From a virus (lineage: Duplodnaviria > Caudoviricetes), in IMG/VR virus record IMGVR_UViG_3300006919_000075, positions 1 through 52,768 of that record: DNA of 52,768 bases. One strand, written 5' to 3'. A program made the position numbers and the translations under genes. Below, piece by piece: positions 36,194 through 46,704 of this stretch. Numbering within the stretch: the first letter of the stretch is position 1; every line of letters starts with the position of its first letter. The notes beneath the pieces are model-generated. The model searched no databases. It had not been told where the DNA came from and saw only the letters and a program-made list of their open reading frames with translations.

Positions 36194-36564
36194 TGTCAAT
36201 GCGCCTGCCCCATAAAGAAGTTATCGAGCCCGATAGGGATCTCGTCCTTATTTATGGGGCAGATGCGCGTGGTGGCATCTCGGATCGAGCCTACTCGACG
36301 GTCACTGAGCTGACATCGCCGCAGTCATCTGTTGTTTCCGGAGATGCCGAGTCCGTTGACGGTGGCATCATGTTGGTCGATGCCTCAAATGCTCCAGTAA
36401 CGATCACGCTGGTGGGCTCGAGCGTGACTGTCAAAAAAATCGATTCGACTTCGAACCCGGTGCATTTCAGTGAGCCGCTGGACGGCATCGTTCAAAGTAT
36501 CAACTACCAAAATACTTCGCTCGATTTGGCAAAGTCAGATTCGGACGATTGGTTCATCGTATGA
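36193..36564 (+). CDS. Putative virion protein
   Basis: LVDAS.APVTITL...VKKIDSTSNPV...WFIV module seen in phage tail proteins. Confidence 0.6.
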   Translation: MSMRLPHKEVIEPDRDLVLIYGADARGGISDRAYSTVTELTSPQSSVVSGDAESVDGGIMLVDASNAPVTITLVGSSVTVKKIDSTSNPVHFSEPLDGIVQSINYQNTSLDLAKSDSDDWFIV

Positions 36565-37784
36565 GTTACGTCGAAAAGTTTGATGTCGGATTTGCTGATT
36601 CTCCCTCGACTGATGCGTTCGGGCGAGCCCGTGTTTCGAATACGGGGCAGCGGCTCGATGTTGAATTTCTTTACGGGAAGCAACCCGAGTACTTCGACGA
36701 GATTACGACCAACGGAACGGTCACCTGGAACTCATCCAGCCGAGACCTGACTCTGGCACTGTCTGCTGCGGCAGATGGGAACGAGGCGCAAATGGCGAGC
36801 TATCCGATTCCATGCACGCCGGGCAACAGTCAGTTGATCGAGATGACCGGTGTCTTGGATCTAGCTAACCTTGGGACGGGGACGACTTCAGTGTTTGTGC
36901 GGTCAAGCGCCACTGGCTCAGTGGTCGAGGAGGTGATCACACAGGACTCGTGGGTCGAGGCTTCGAGTGGGGTCAATTGGGATACGTCGCACATTTTCGG
37001 AATAGATTTTCAGTCTCTGAAGGTTGGGAGGCTCAGATTTTACCTGAACCAATCGGGACAGCAAATAAAGATCGCTGAGGTCAATAATGACAACAAGGTA
37101 GCGACGGGCTACTGGCAGCTTCCGAACCAGCCGTGCTACTACCGGGTCTACAATACAGCCACGGCGACCCGTTGTGAGATTGGTTACGGGGACTCAGACA
37201 ATGCGGTGGGCTTTCGGTATGAGATCGACTCGGTAGTGGCGACAGCCACGATGAAGGCTATCTGTTGCACGGCAAAGAGCGAGGGTGGTCCTGGGCTTCT
37301 TGATCTTCCTGGGCTTAGCAGATCGGCTGATATGGCGCAGACGCAGGCGACCGTTTCGACCACGTTGATTCCGCTCATTTCGATCCGTGCTAAATCGACT
37401 TTCGGCGGGGTCGACAATCACATGCTTATACGGCCCAAGAATCTCTCGCTCGAAGCCGAAGAAGCCATAAGATTTGTGGTGATCGTTGGCGGCACCTTGA
37501 CTGGTGCTAGTTGGAGTGACGTCGACACGACTTACTCTTGTGTCGAATACGACACTGCGGCAAGCGCGGTTTCTGGTGGACGAACGATTGTGTCTGAATA
37601 CCTTTACGCTGACGTTGGAGGGGGTTCCAGACCTGGTGCCAAGACCATTGCTGTTGATCTTGGGAAGACCGTTCTATGGGACCGCCAGGGTTCCGAAACT
37701 GGAATTCTAACTGTCGCCGCCGTAAGAACCCGTTCCTCCAATTCGGCGTGTCTTTGTTCGGTAAACTTTGAGGAGATTAGATGA
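36561..37784 (+). CDS. Putative virion protein (DAFGR family)
   Basis: DAFGRARVS, IDFQSLKVGRLRF, PLISIR, C-terminal EEIR. Confidence 0.65.
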   Translation: MSYVEKFDVGFADSPSTDAFGRARVSNTGQRLDVEFLYGKQPEYFDEITTNGTVTWNSSSRDLTLALSAAADGNEAQMASYPIPCTPGNSQLIEMTGVLDLANLGTGTTSVFVRSSATGSVVEEVITQDSWVEASSGVNWDTSHIFGIDFQSLKVGRLRFYLNQSGQQIKIAEVNNDNKVATGYWQLPNQPCYYRVYNTATATRCEIGYGDSDNAVGFRYEIDSVVATATMKAICCTAKSEGGPGLLDLPGLSRSADMAQTQATVSTTLIPLISIRAKSTFGGVDNHMLIRPKNLSLEAEEAIRFVVIVGGTLTGASWSDVDTTYSCVEYDTAASAVSGGRTIVSEYLYADVGGGSRPGAKTIAVDLGKTVLWDRQGSETGILTVAAVRTRSSNSACLCSVNFEEIR

Positions 37785-38269
37785 TGAAAGCAGCAGTCGA
37801 AATACTTCAGATTCATGCAGCCACACTACTCGGATTGGTCGCAGTTGTATTACTGTTTGGATGCGCCAGGAGAGAGCGCCCCTACACCTGGGAGTCGACC
37901 ACCATCATCCATCCCGATGGAACCCGCGAAGAGACCCGCACCATCAACCGGAATGCGATCATCTCCGCAAGCGGCTACAAGCTCGAACTCGACAAGTTCC
38001 ACGTTGACGAGCGATTCGAGGAAGGTGACTCAAACGGTCCTGGAGACGCTCACTATGCGGTGAACTCGGAAGGAGCGAAAGCATCGCCAGAATCTCAAGC
38101 TCTGAAAGCTTTTCAGGAAGGGCTGGGGTTCGCCTCAGCATACGCTAGAATTCAAGCTCCCCAGCAGGTTGAGCCTGAGCCCGACAATCAGTTGAGCCCG
38201 GATGATCTTGAAGACATCCGGGCTTTGCTGGACGAACTTGGAAGACAGACCGAACGATTGGAAGAATAA
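37781..38269 (+). CDS. Putative lipoprotein (spanin-like position)
   Basis: Hydrophobic N-terminus ending in an LLFG-C lipobox. Confidence 0.55.
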   Translation: MMKAAVEILQIHAATLLGLVAVVLLFGCARRERPYTWESTTIIHPDGTREETRTINRNAIISASGYKLELDKFHVDERFEEGDSNGPGDAHYAVNSEGAKASPESQALKAFQEGLGFASAYARIQAPQQVEPEPDNQLSPDDLEDIRALLDELGRQTERLEE

Positions 38270-38535
38270 TGCCTGAACCCGTCAAATCCGTCTTAGAATC
38301 GCTAGCCAAGTCAGCGCCATCGCTGACTGGGTATGTGTTGCTAACCAGCATGTTTTTATGGCACATCAACAGTATGGCGGCTCTAGACAACCTAGTTGCA
38401 AAGCAGCGCATCGCCGCGTGTCACGATATTAAGGAGCAATCGAACAAGGTCATGGACAACCTGGCCGAGGCGATGCAGCTCCAGGCACTCGCGTTCAAGG
38501 AGTTGAGCGTTCGGCTCGAAAGAATCACCGATTAA
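38269..38535 (+). CDS. Putative holin-like membrane protein
   Basis: One N-terminal TM helix plus coiled coil; last gene of the late operon. Confidence 0.45.
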   Translation: MPEPVKSVLESLAKSAPSLTGYVLLTSMFLWHINSMAALDNLVAKQRIAACHDIKEQSNKVMDNLAEAMQLQALAFKELSVRLERITD

Positions 38536-40649
38536 CCGACTCGCTCGACCGTCCAGGTTTTCTGGTTTGAACGACCGATCTTGTGGCTGACCTTGAACGC
38601 AGGTGATCCGACATCCTGCAGCACTCTGAGCCTTCGTCCGAGGACTTGCGGCCCACTGAGCCAGTTGCAGTCAAAACCTTGCAGGTGGCTGAAGATCTCT
38701 ACGCTCGAGCCGTGAAGTTTCTCGCCTGGATTTTCTGTGAACCAACACAACAAGAGCTCATCCAGGCTCGAATCGTTCGAATCGTGATAGACGAGTTTAT
38801 CGATATCAGGATGGCTTCGCCTCACGACGCCATACCGCTTGTCGCGTAGCTCCTCCGGGATCACCCAGGTGTTGTCGACGTGGTAAAGGAAGTCGGATAA
38901 ATCCTCTTCGATCGGGATCAGAGAGTCGAGCTTGTCCTCGAAGTGCCATCCGTCGTAGCATTTCAAAAGCGTGATCTTGTCGACATTGTCAGCATCGATG
39001 CTGGGCACTGCCCTGATTGATTCGGGGCTGAGGTTGCAAGAGATTGTGAGTCGCCAAGATAATGGCAACGTCACGGTGTTCCCGAATTTTGCTTCGACGC
39101 CGATTTCAGTATTGGCGACGATCTTTTTGACCTTCGACGAGAGCGCCGATCGCGACTTCTCAAATCGATCAATCCCGTCGTCGCTCATCATGAGGTGCTC
39201 ACAGCCTGCGAGATCCGAGTTAAATCTGGTTCGGCCCAAGATCCACTCTGTCGGATTAGCTACGCGGCCCCCAAGACACTTGGTTATGACGCGCTGCGCC
39301 AGGGTTTTACCGACGCCAGCGTCACCTGCCAAGACCAGCGCCTGCCCTACCTGGTAAGTGGAGTCGCTCACAAGCGAGCGCCTTGCTACCTGAAGCCAAG
39401 AGACGAAGGTTGGAAGCTGCTCTTCACCTAGAAGGGTTTTGAAGAATGCGCCTGCCGTTGTGTCGAAAATGTCTTTGTCGTTCTCAGTTCCGAAAACTAC
39501 CTCCGGAGAGTTTGTGACCAAAATTCTTTTGCCAGCTATCTCATGGAGCCCTTTCGGCCATCCTGCCAGATCGCCTGCCCAAGCCACCAACCGGTCTCTG
39601 ACCACCTGCGATACGGCTGTCTTGATCTGATCCCTACCGGCACCCAGACACTCAACTTCATTCGTCCAGAGATCTTTGGCGAGGGTCTCAAACTTCCCTT
39701 GCTTGGTTACATCGGCAAGAAAGGTATGCCCACCACCCACGCAGTAGCTCCGTCCCACGAAAAGTGCTGCGTCTGTAGGTAGATCAGCTCCTTCGCCCTG
39801 CATTCCTTCGCGAACTGCCCGTCTGGCATCCGCGATCGCATCCTTAAACAGCGTCTTTTTGAGTCCCAAAGTCGTGATGGCAGCGTCGATCAGGAGCGAG
39901 CCACCTTCCCGGCCTGCCATTCGAGACACCGTCTTCACGAGTCTTCGCATGGTATCGAGATCATCAGTGTCGATCTCGTCCTTGTGGAGTTCGAGCAGCG
40001 CCTGGACCTGCGCGAGACCATCCGTTTTCGCAGGTATGACAGGAAAGCTTTCCCAGGTGTATTTGAAATCCTCAAAACTGAGAGCTCTAATGTCGTCACA
40101 TGCTTTTTGCGGATTCCCGTAGGGGATTCGGAGCAGTTGAAGGTTGGGAATTCTCTGGGCATACCTCTCGGTGGCCAGGTAGAAGTCGCCGTTGAGGGCA
40201 GTGTCCGCGTCGCCGCACCAGATGACTCGATCCGGATTCGTGAAATCTAAAATCTCTTTGAACCCTGGTGACAGGGCGTCTTTATCGAGCAGGCCCCCGA
40301 AGAAACCTGATATCGCGACCGCGTTGTATCCTGCCTCCGCTAGGCACATCGCCTTGAACTCTCCCTCGGTGAGATACAGATCCTTTTTTTCCAAGTCGAA
40401 ACCGGTTGGAGGGATATACATCGCGACTCCAGTTGCCGGAGGCTGCGTATACTTCATCTGGCCTCGTGGGGAGTCCAGTCGCATCCGACAGAAGCCGGTT
40501 TCCTCTTTCGATAGATCGAAGTAAGGGATCAAAAGTCCAGAGCCCAGTCCCGGTTGAGACATTAGGGATTCCGACTCTTCCCGGTCGATGTGTCTGACGC
40601 CGCAGGATTCAAGCATGGCGGCAGAGACGCCTGGTCGTTGTGGGTTCAT
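38532..40649 (-). CDS. DNA primase-helicase (TOPRIM DUF3854-like plus SF3 helicase DUF5906-like)
   Basis: KYTQP, LYLTEGEFKA, CGDAD; Walker A LAGDAGVGKT, RFNSDL. Confidence 0.88.
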   Translation of the reverse strand: MNPQRPGVSAAMLESCGVRHIDREESESLMSQPGLGSGLLIPYFDLSKEETGFCRMRLDSPRGQMKYTQPPATGVAMYIPPTGFDLEKKDLYLTEGEFKAMCLAEAGYNAVAISGFFGGLLDKDALSPGFKEILDFTNPDRVIWCGDADTALNGDFYLATERYAQRIPNLQLLRIPYGNPQKACDDIRALSFEDFKYTWESFPVIPAKTDGLAQVQALLELHKDEIDTDDLDTMRRLVKTVSRMAGREGGSLLIDAAITTLGLKKTLFKDAIADARRAVREGMQGEGADLPTDAALFVGRSYCVGGGHTFLADVTKQGKFETLAKDLWTNEVECLGAGRDQIKTAVSQVVRDRLVAWAGDLAGWPKGLHEIAGKRILVTNSPEVVFGTENDKDIFDTTAGAFFKTLLGEEQLPTFVSWLQVARRSLVSDSTYQVGQALVLAGDAGVGKTLAQRVITKCLGGRVANPTEWILGRTRFNSDLAGCEHLMMSDDGIDRFEKSRSALSSKVKKIVANTEIGVEAKFGNTVTLPLSWRLTISCNLSPESIRAVPSIDADNVDKITLLKCYDGWHFEDKLDSLIPIEEDLSDFLYHVDNTWVIPEELRDKRYGVVRRSHPDIDKLVYHDSNDSSLDELLLCWFTENPGEKLHGSSVEIFSHLQGFDCNWLSGPQVLGRRLRVLQDVGSPAFKVSHKIGRSNQKTWTVERVG

Positions 40650-40654
40650 AGTTT

Positions 40655-41092
40655 TTAGGGTGCCCAGTTTATATCCAGGCTGTCAAGATACCAACGCATC
40701 AAAAGCGCGGCATCGCTTATCTTGTGGGTCATCCGCATGTTCCACGCAGGTTGTAATTCATCTTGGGCAAGGGCGTGTAGCTTTTTCTTACGCTCACCAT
40801 AGCTATCGGCTTTGATGTGAAGATCCTTTTGCCATTCTTGAGGAGTCACATAGATCCACTCTTGCTCCGGGAATGCTCCTTCCCAGTGCCCCATCGACCT
40901 GAAAAGATTTGCCTGAACCTTTGGCAACCGGCTCGCCGTGCCCCACAGCTTTTCCATGACGCAGACGTCGATGTCTAAAAATCGAGGGATCTTTTGAAAC
41001 CCTTGATAAGAGAAGCTCTCAAAGCCCCCGCAGTCATCGTAATAAATAGCCCCGCCACGTGTTCCTGGATCAATCGTCAATACTTTCGGCAT
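40655..41092 (-). CDS. RuvC-like Holliday junction resolvase
   Basis: LTIDPGTRGG, VMEK, VTPQEWQK, SDAALL; start moved to 41092. Confidence 0.85.
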   Translation of the reverse strand: MPKVLTIDPGTRGGAIYYDDCGGFESFSYQGFQKIPRFLDIDVCVMEKLWGTASRLPKVQANLFRSMGHWEGAFPEQEWIYVTPQEWQKDLHIKADSYGERKKKLHALAQDELQPAWNMRMTHKISDAALLMRWYLDSLDINWAP

Positions 41093-41129
41093 TGCAAATC
41101 GTTTGCAAATACCTGCCCATTTTGCAAGC

Positions 41130-42890
41130 CTACTTGTCATACATTGAACTGACCGACGATTCGCAGCTAAGAGGGAGCCCTTCAACTACTTCGCGAGAGA
41201 GCTCTTCCTCCACGATCGCCGTGCAGACCCCGACTTCATCATCTGGAACTTCACATATGACTTCGTCATGGACCGTCCAGAGAACCTGGATGCCTCGCTT
41301 GTCGATCCGGCGGACGGCATCAGCGAACACGTCCCGTGCCAACGACTGGACCACGTTCTCGACCAGTAGCGAGCCCCAAACTCGTTCGCGTTTACAGTAA
41401 AGGCCGCGTTCGATCGTCGTGCTTACGGATTTGCCTTTGCTCCCTATGTGATTCCTGATGTCGAAGTATCGAAGGATTCGTCCGGTGGGCAGCTCGACGT
41501 TCCACGTGGCTCCTCGATGCTCGTTGATCGCTTGGTGAAGTCGGACCCAGTAATTGACGATCTTCCAATTCGCCGCTCTCCAGCTAGCGACCTCCGCCTC
41601 CGCTTCCTCCTCAGAGAGGTGAATTCCGAAGGTGCTGGCGAACTGTCGAAACCGTGCGGCTCCAGCTCCGTATCCCAAGCCAAGGGTCTTTACCTTGGAC
41701 ATCTGCCGGAGCTCCGGGTTGACCTTTTTCAGTGGCCGTGGGTCATCGTAACGGCCAGTCGCTCTAAGCGCCGCCTCATAGATATCGGTGCCTTTTCGGA
41801 CCTCGTCCAAAAACTCAGTATCTTCCGTCAAAAAGGCCAACACCTTTGGTTCGATGGACGATAGGTCGCTGACGAGCAGCTTGTGGCCGGGACGGGCTAT
41901 GAATAAATTCCGGATGTTGACTCCGAACACCTTCCCCTTCGGGAGGTTTTGGAGATTGATCCCCGCGTCACCCGCCCACCTGCCCGTGAGCCGCGATCCG
42001 CAATACTTTAGACTGAAGTGAAGGATGTCCTCCGGGGTGAGGCGAAGCTTGATCTTGTGTAGGGTGGCGTAAAATTTCTTGAGCGACCGTAATTCGGTGA
42101 ATGCCTGCACGAAGGGGAGATCCACGCTCGTCGACCATTTGATCCATTCCGGGTCGTCCTTCGCGGTCTTTCCCGGCATCCCTGTCTCGCCTGCTTCAAC
42201 GCAGGCCGCTCTCAATGCGCCGGGAGATAAGATGGCTCTGCCAGAGTCTCTCCAGGGTATCTGCGCAATCAACTCTGACTGCTTTTCGGTTACTGTTTTG
42301 ATCGCAGCGTCAAGCGCCTCGCGATCAATTTTGACGCCGCGGATCCCTTGGAACATCGTGAGCTCACTGAGCTTCCACTCGTTTTCTGGAAGTTCCTTAT
42401 GAAATTTCTCGAACAGCTCGTAGCACAGAGCAGCATCGTGCGCCGCGTAATCCTCCATCAAGAGTCTGGAAGATGGGTCGAAGTCTTTCCAGTGTTTCCC
42501 TTGGGCCTTGTTACGGACCTCTTTCGAGACGTCTTTGTTCAAGAGCACTCTCGAGGCGGATGCGAGATCCCTTTTGATTTGAAGGTAAGCGGGAATGGCG
42601 GTGGTGTCATACCACCGAGATGGTCGTGCCTTGACTTTGCCACTGTCGTAAAGTCGTTTCCACACCCAGTAATCGAACTGGGCGTTATGGGCAACCCAAG
42701 GGATGCCGTCGATCCGGTGCCACGGGCACGCGGGGTCTAAGGGGTCACCCGTCCATGAAAAGCGACCGACTTTGATCGCCACCAGATAAGGGTAGTAATC
42801 CGGATGCCGAGTGTATGCTTCAGCACCCAGCTCCTTAACGCTACAAACCTTGTCATAGAAGGTCTCAAAGTCGATCGCTGAGAATTTCAT
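41130..42890 (-). CDS. polA: Family A DNA polymerase with 3'-5' exonuclease
   Basis: IDFET, AHNAQFD, TGRW, NLQNLP, DLSSIE, RQMSKVKTLGLGYG, VHDE. Confidence 0.95.
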   Translation of the reverse strand: MKFSAIDFETFYDKVCSVKELGAEAYTRHPDYYPYLVAIKVGRFSWTGDPLDPACPWHRIDGIPWVAHNAQFDYWVWKRLYDSGKVKARPSRWYDTTAIPAYLQIKRDLASASRVLLNKDVSKEVRNKAQGKHWKDFDPSSRLLMEDYAAHDAALCYELFEKFHKELPENEWKLSELTMFQGIRGVKIDREALDAAIKTVTEKQSELIAQIPWRDSGRAILSPGALRAACVEAGETGMPGKTAKDDPEWIKWSTSVDLPFVQAFTELRSLKKFYATLHKIKLRLTPEDILHFSLKYCGSRLTGRWAGDAGINLQNLPKGKVFGVNIRNLFIARPGHKLLVSDLSSIEPKVLAFLTEDTEFLDEVRKGTDIYEAALRATGRYDDPRPLKKVNPELRQMSKVKTLGLGYGAGAARFRQFASTFGIHLSEEEAEAEVASWRAANWKIVNYWVRLHQAINEHRGATWNVELPTGRILRYFDIRNHIGSKGKSVSTTIERGLYCKRERVWGSLLVENVVQSLARDVFADAVRRIDKRGIQVLWTVHDEVICEVPDDEVGVCTAIVEEELSREVVEGLPLSCESSVSSMYDK

Positions 42891-42893
42891 TTC

Positions 42894-43538
42894 CTATCTT
42901 TGGATGGGTTCGAAGGAACTAAGTCCCGGAGTCTCATTCATCCATGCCAACATCTCCTCACTGGTCAGACCCTTGTTTTTTGGCTCAACAACTAGCCAAG
43001 TGTTTGGCCCGAACTTGCGAGGCGACACCGCTAGCTCCCACTGGGTCGTCCGTGGGTCGCCTTCGGGTGACGTGATCAAGGTCGCGTTAACGATCGGCTG
43101 GACCGCTTGAAAGCTCGTTTTGGTAAACGAATACTTTGCGCGGCACCATCCGGTTTCGCCGAACACGTAGTCTGGATTGTCGTAGTCGCCGACGTCCACT
43201 AGGAACGTGACGTCTGCGGCGAGCTTCACTTGTTTCGCGTCGTCGATGGTGAATCCGAACCCCTCAGCTTCGGCGTCTGCGGCAGACGCGAATTTGAGCG
43301 GGAGAACTCCGGGTGTGTATTTTTTCGTCACCTCCAGATAATACGGTCGAGAGACTTCCAAAACGACTGCCTTTACCGGCGTGTCCAATTTCCATTCTTT
43401 GCCGAGGAGTAGATTGCCATTTTGAAGGAGCGGATCGTCGCTGGTTGAGTTTTGAACTAGTTTGAGGTATCGGGCTTTGATTGGGACATCGCCCCAGCCC
43501 ATGGATTCTCCAGATGCGCTTTCAATATCAATAGTCAT
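42894..43538 (-). CDS. Putative single-stranded DNA-binding protein
   Basis: Located between the Cas4-like nuclease and PolA; LKLVQ..S motif; start moved to 43538. Confidence 0.5.
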   Translation of the reverse strand: MTIDIESASGESMGWGDVPIKARYLKLVQNSTSDDPLLQNGNLLLGKEWKLDTPVKAVVLEVSRPYYLEVTKKYTPGVLPLKFASAADAEAEGFGFTIDDAKQVKLAADVTFLVDVGDYDNPDYVFGETGWCRAKYSFTKTSFQAVQPIVNATLITSPEGDPRTTQWELAVSPRKFGPNTWLVVEPKNKGLTSEEMLAWMNETPGLSSFEPIQR

Positions 43539-43551
43539 ATTACTTATTTCT

Positions 43552-44595
43552 TTATTTTTGCTTGTAAACCGCTGCTTTCGATTCGCCAGGTTCGATGCCA
43601 GCGGCAGCATCGGCCCGGAATTGTGTTTCCCAGACTTTTTTCTTTCGGTCGGGAGCGACATCTCTAGCGAGCTTCACACAGTCGTTCACTGACACCGTCA
43701 GTGCCGCGGCGAAGTCCTCCTCTGAGACGCCAAGATCTTTCAAAGTATCCCTGACCACGTCGATGTCGATCACCTTAGAGGCTCCCTTGCGAGTCCCCAG
43801 CCGGAAGCCCTCGACTTCGACCCCAATCTCCATGAGCTTAATCGCTTTGCAATTTACGGACTTTTTGAAGCTGTCGAACCAGGCAGTCGCCACTGGCAAC
43901 ACCTTGAGCGCCGCAGAGACCTCTTCGGCAGTGTCGATGCTCCAATCGTGATTAAGCACAGGGAGCTCGTTCGTCGGATTCGAGAATGTGTTGTAAGCTT
44001 CATGGCAAGTTCCGACGTGCTTGCAGAACCGGCAATTGTCAGTCGCTTGTCGGAGGCCACCCGTCCGTTGGCGCTCGTGAATCATATCGATCCGGGCTTT
44101 GAGTCGAGGGACGTCCGAGCGTTTGTAGGTATGCATCTGGATCACCTTCAGTCGTGGCGCGAGCATGTAGACATCGATCTCGTCGATGTGGAGCCACTCG
44201 TCAAATGCCTTCACGGTATAATCCTGAAACTGCGCGTTGCCACTTGGGTGATCGACTGGGTTCCATCCGAATTTGTAATCGATCATGATCGCTCGATCGC
44301 CGTGAAACTGAATTCGGTCGACGGTCCCGGCGTAAGCGCCATCCGGATACCGAAATCCGTATTCCAACAATAGCGTGTCCGGCTCTTCTTTCGGAAGGAT
44401 CTCCGCCAACATCTGCTTGCCAGATTCGAAAGCAGGCAGATCCTCTTCGAGGAGCTTTTCGTCGTTCATCGTTTCCATCGCGTAGTGGAGACGTGAACCT
44501 GCTTCAGTCAAAGGATGCACCTCGGCATCTTCAGGTTGTTCGAAATCAGAACAGATTTCGATGTTCTTAAGTGAGCTTGGTCTTATTCTTTTCAT
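43552..44595 (-). CDS. Cas4-like PD-(D/E)xK nuclease (DUF2800-like)
   Basis: PSS...C, GSRLH, GTVD, IDYKFG, Q...Y, CRFC...C. Confidence 0.85.
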   Translation of the reverse strand: MKRIRPSSLKNIEICSDFEQPEDAEVHPLTEAGSRLHYAMETMNDEKLLEEDLPAFESGKQMLAEILPKEEPDTLLLEYGFRYPDGAYAGTVDRIQFHGDRAIMIDYKFGWNPVDHPSGNAQFQDYTVKAFDEWLHIDEIDVYMLAPRLKVIQMHTYKRSDVPRLKARIDMIHERQRTGGLRQATDNCRFCKHVGTCHEAYNTFSNPTNELPVLNHDWSIDTAEEVSAALKVLPVATAWFDSFKKSVNCKAIKLMEIGVEVEGFRLGTRKGASKVIDIDVVRDTLKDLGVSEEDFAAALTVSVNDCVKLARDVAPDRKKKVWETQFRADAAAGIEPGESKAAVYKQK

Positions 44596-44600
44596 GATAT

Positions 44601-44831
44601 TTAGTTTGCTAATGATCTTTTCAGTCCTTCGAGCTCGTCGTCGAATGAGATTCGGTCGCGTTCATCTGCGCGGAAAGCGTCGACAAAGTCGATCGGGTAT
44701 CTAAAAACCTCGCCCTCGCTATCAATCAACCAGCTATACGCCAGCATGGAATGCCAAAGGATCTTGGGGACGACCGCTTGAACCTCGTCCCGCTCAAGAA
44801 ATTGCGGTTCTTCGTCAAAGTTTTGCTTCAT
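44601..44831 (-). CDS. Hypothetical protein
   Basis: 76 aa in the replication operon. Confidence 0.6.
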   Translation of the reverse strand: MKQNFDEEPQFLERDEVQAVVPKILWHSMLAYSWLIDSEGEVFRYPIDFVDAFRADERDRISFDDELEGLKRSLAN

Positions 44832-45024
44832 AGGAGAACCTCCCCGCCCCAGGTTTCAAGTTGCCAGACTTAGAAAACGTGCCTCTCAAAATCGGGGCGA
44901 AGAGGAAGTGGCGATCTCGACTCAGGACGCTTGCCGGCGATGGCCCCAGGGAGATGTAGACCAACCCCGAGCCGAGATCAAAGTTTATGACGTTGCCGGC
45001 AAGCATTGATGAGAAGTTATTCTA

Positions 45025-45033
45025 TGTCTGACA
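45025..45033. promoter_or_regulatory. TGTCTGACA palindrome within a leftward promoter-like sequence
   Basis: Minus strand reads TTGACT-atc-TGTCAGACA-TAGAAT; intergenic. Confidence 0.55.
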
Positions 45034-45043
45034 GATAGTCAAA

Positions 45044-45658
45044 CTAATTTTTCACAAGCCAACCAAGCCCCGCGTAAGAGGGACACTCGAAGTATGGGAA
45101 CTTCCGGTCGCGGTTAAACGCTTCGATCGCCTTCGGCACGCCTTCGCATGATCGCGTGTCGTGCAGCCAGATCACCCCGTCCCTTTTGACATAAGGCGCG
45201 AATTTGATTAACTCGCCGAGTGTCTGTTCGTAAGTATGAGAAGTATCGATTAGCAAAAAGTCGATTGACTCCTCTGGAAATTTCAAATCTTCAGCTAAGC
45301 TATCTGACGCGATCGTCCGCAAGAAATCCGGATCCCCTACTCTCTGCCGAGTAGAGTCAAGGCACTCAGCGTCGATATCGACACAGGTGACTGCTGCTGG
45401 CTCCTCCTGGATCGAGTTGACATCTGCTACAGCAGCTACGAGCGCGGTGGTGGACTCGCCCAGCCGCGTTCCGAGCTCAACCACATGGTCGATCTGTTTG
45501 TTCAGCCCTTGCATCCGTATCTCATGATACATGAGCGGGAGATACATGCTGATATCGCTGAACTTCAAAGTGGCTGCTCTTAGGGCCGCGTGGTTCTTGA
45601 AAGCTTCGTTCAGGAAGCTCATCCCGTCTTCTGGGCCAAGGGGTTTCGTCTTTGTCAT
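45044..45658 (-). CDS. Class I SAM methyltransferase (Methyltransf_24-like)
   Basis: VELGTRLGEST, CVDID, IDFLLIDTSHTYE, GVIWLHD; start moved to 45658. Confidence 0.9.
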   Translation of the reverse strand: MTKTKPLGPEDGMSFLNEAFKNHAALRAATLKFSDISMYLPLMYHEIRMQGLNKQIDHVVELGTRLGESTTALVAAVADVNSIQEEPAAVTCVDIDAECLDSTRQRVGDPDFLRTIASDSLAEDLKFPEESIDFLLIDTSHTYEQTLGELIKFAPYVKRDGVIWLHDTRSCEGVPKAIEAFNRDRKFPYFECPSYAGLGWLVKN

Positions 45659-45660
45659 GT

Positions 45661-46704
45661 CTATTTCAAGAAGTAAGGGTCTACCCAAGAGGCTTCGAAT
45701 ACCCTCAACTTGAGGTCGAGCGGCTGACCTCTCATCTCGTCCCACAACGTATTCAAATTGCGACCGGCTCCTTCGACATTTATCGGGCTCCGCTTGTAGT
45801 CGGTGCCTTCGTAAATTGCCCATCCGCGAGGATCAGTCAGCCATGGGAAGAGGAAGCCGCAGTCATTGCAAATGATGAAACTTTGGAACTCACTGTCGAC
45901 GACTCTGACGTCCTTTCCTCGCAGTAGGAAGAATTCACTCCACTGGAAATAGCTTACTTCGCCGACGACTGCTCTGATGGTTGCGATGAGTTGCTCACAT
46001 TTGTGGCAAGCTGCTGCGAATGGCCTCTCTGGAGGAGATTCGCAGCGACCCGGATTCGCTCCATAATCATGGGGGATGCGAAACATTTTGTTCCCGACCC
46101 GGATGCAGGGGATTTCAGAGTTAGCGAGCCTAGCGGCGAAGTCGTGATCTTCGAAATGGTAAAAGCCAAAGGCGACCTCGTTAAAGCCATTCACTTCGAC
46201 CCAAGTGGTCATGTCGAGCGAGTTGTTCCCGTAGCAATTTATAGGCGTTCGCTCGTGAAACGTCTGCGGGAGGTCTTCGAATTGGACTGCGTCCCAGTTG
46301 ATTATGCCCTCGTCCTCGTTCCAAGCCTCCGCGGGCGCGTGTTGGAAATGGAAATCGACTAGATGCCTGCTAGGTGCTGCTAGTAGTGTCTCTGTGAGCG
46401 TCGGATGGATTAGTCGCCATTCCGATAGCCTGACGAACCTTTCCGACTCACCAAAAAGAGGGCTCTGATTGAATACTGAGCAATCGAGATAATGCCTAGG
46501 CAGCGTCGGGTGGGGGATGACCGGTACGTGGGTCACTGGGAAGTCGGCATGTGCAGCGAGCTCTTTGACTGCATCCTGATGCCGCAAAAAATAATGATCG
46601 CTTAGAACTAGCTCGAAGTCCTTCGATGTCTGTTTTTTCAGACCCTCAAACATAAGCCGGACTAACCCCAAGTTGAAACCGCAGGTCGCGGCGTAATTTA
46701 TCAT
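45661..46704 (-). CDS. GT-A fold glycosyltransferase-like protein
   Basis: LKKQTSKDFELVLSD, VNGFNE...FEDHDFAARL; atypical DxD; start moved to 46704. Confidence 0.75.
   Translation of the reverse strand: MINYAATCGFNLGLVRLMFEGLKKQTSKDFELVLSDHYFLRHQDAVKELAAHADFPVTHVPVIPHPTLPRHYLDCSVFNQSPLFGESERFVRLSEWRLIHPTLTETLLAAPSRHLVDFHFQHAPAEAWNEDEGIINWDAVQFEDLPQTFHERTPINCYGNNSLDMTTWVEVNGFNEVAFGFYHFEDHDFAARLANSEIPCIRVGNKMFRIPHDYGANPGRCESPPERPFAAACHKCEQLIATIRAVVGEVSYFQWSEFFLLRGKDVRVVDSEFQSFIICNDCGFLFPWLTDPRGWAIYEGTDYKRSPINVEGAGRNLNTLWDEMRGQPLDLKLRVFEASWVDPYFLK

Noticed and set aside
44815-45006. 63-aa minus-strand ORF
   Set aside because: No motifs, and it may be a 5' UTR downstream of the promoter-like site; cannot be supported, though possible
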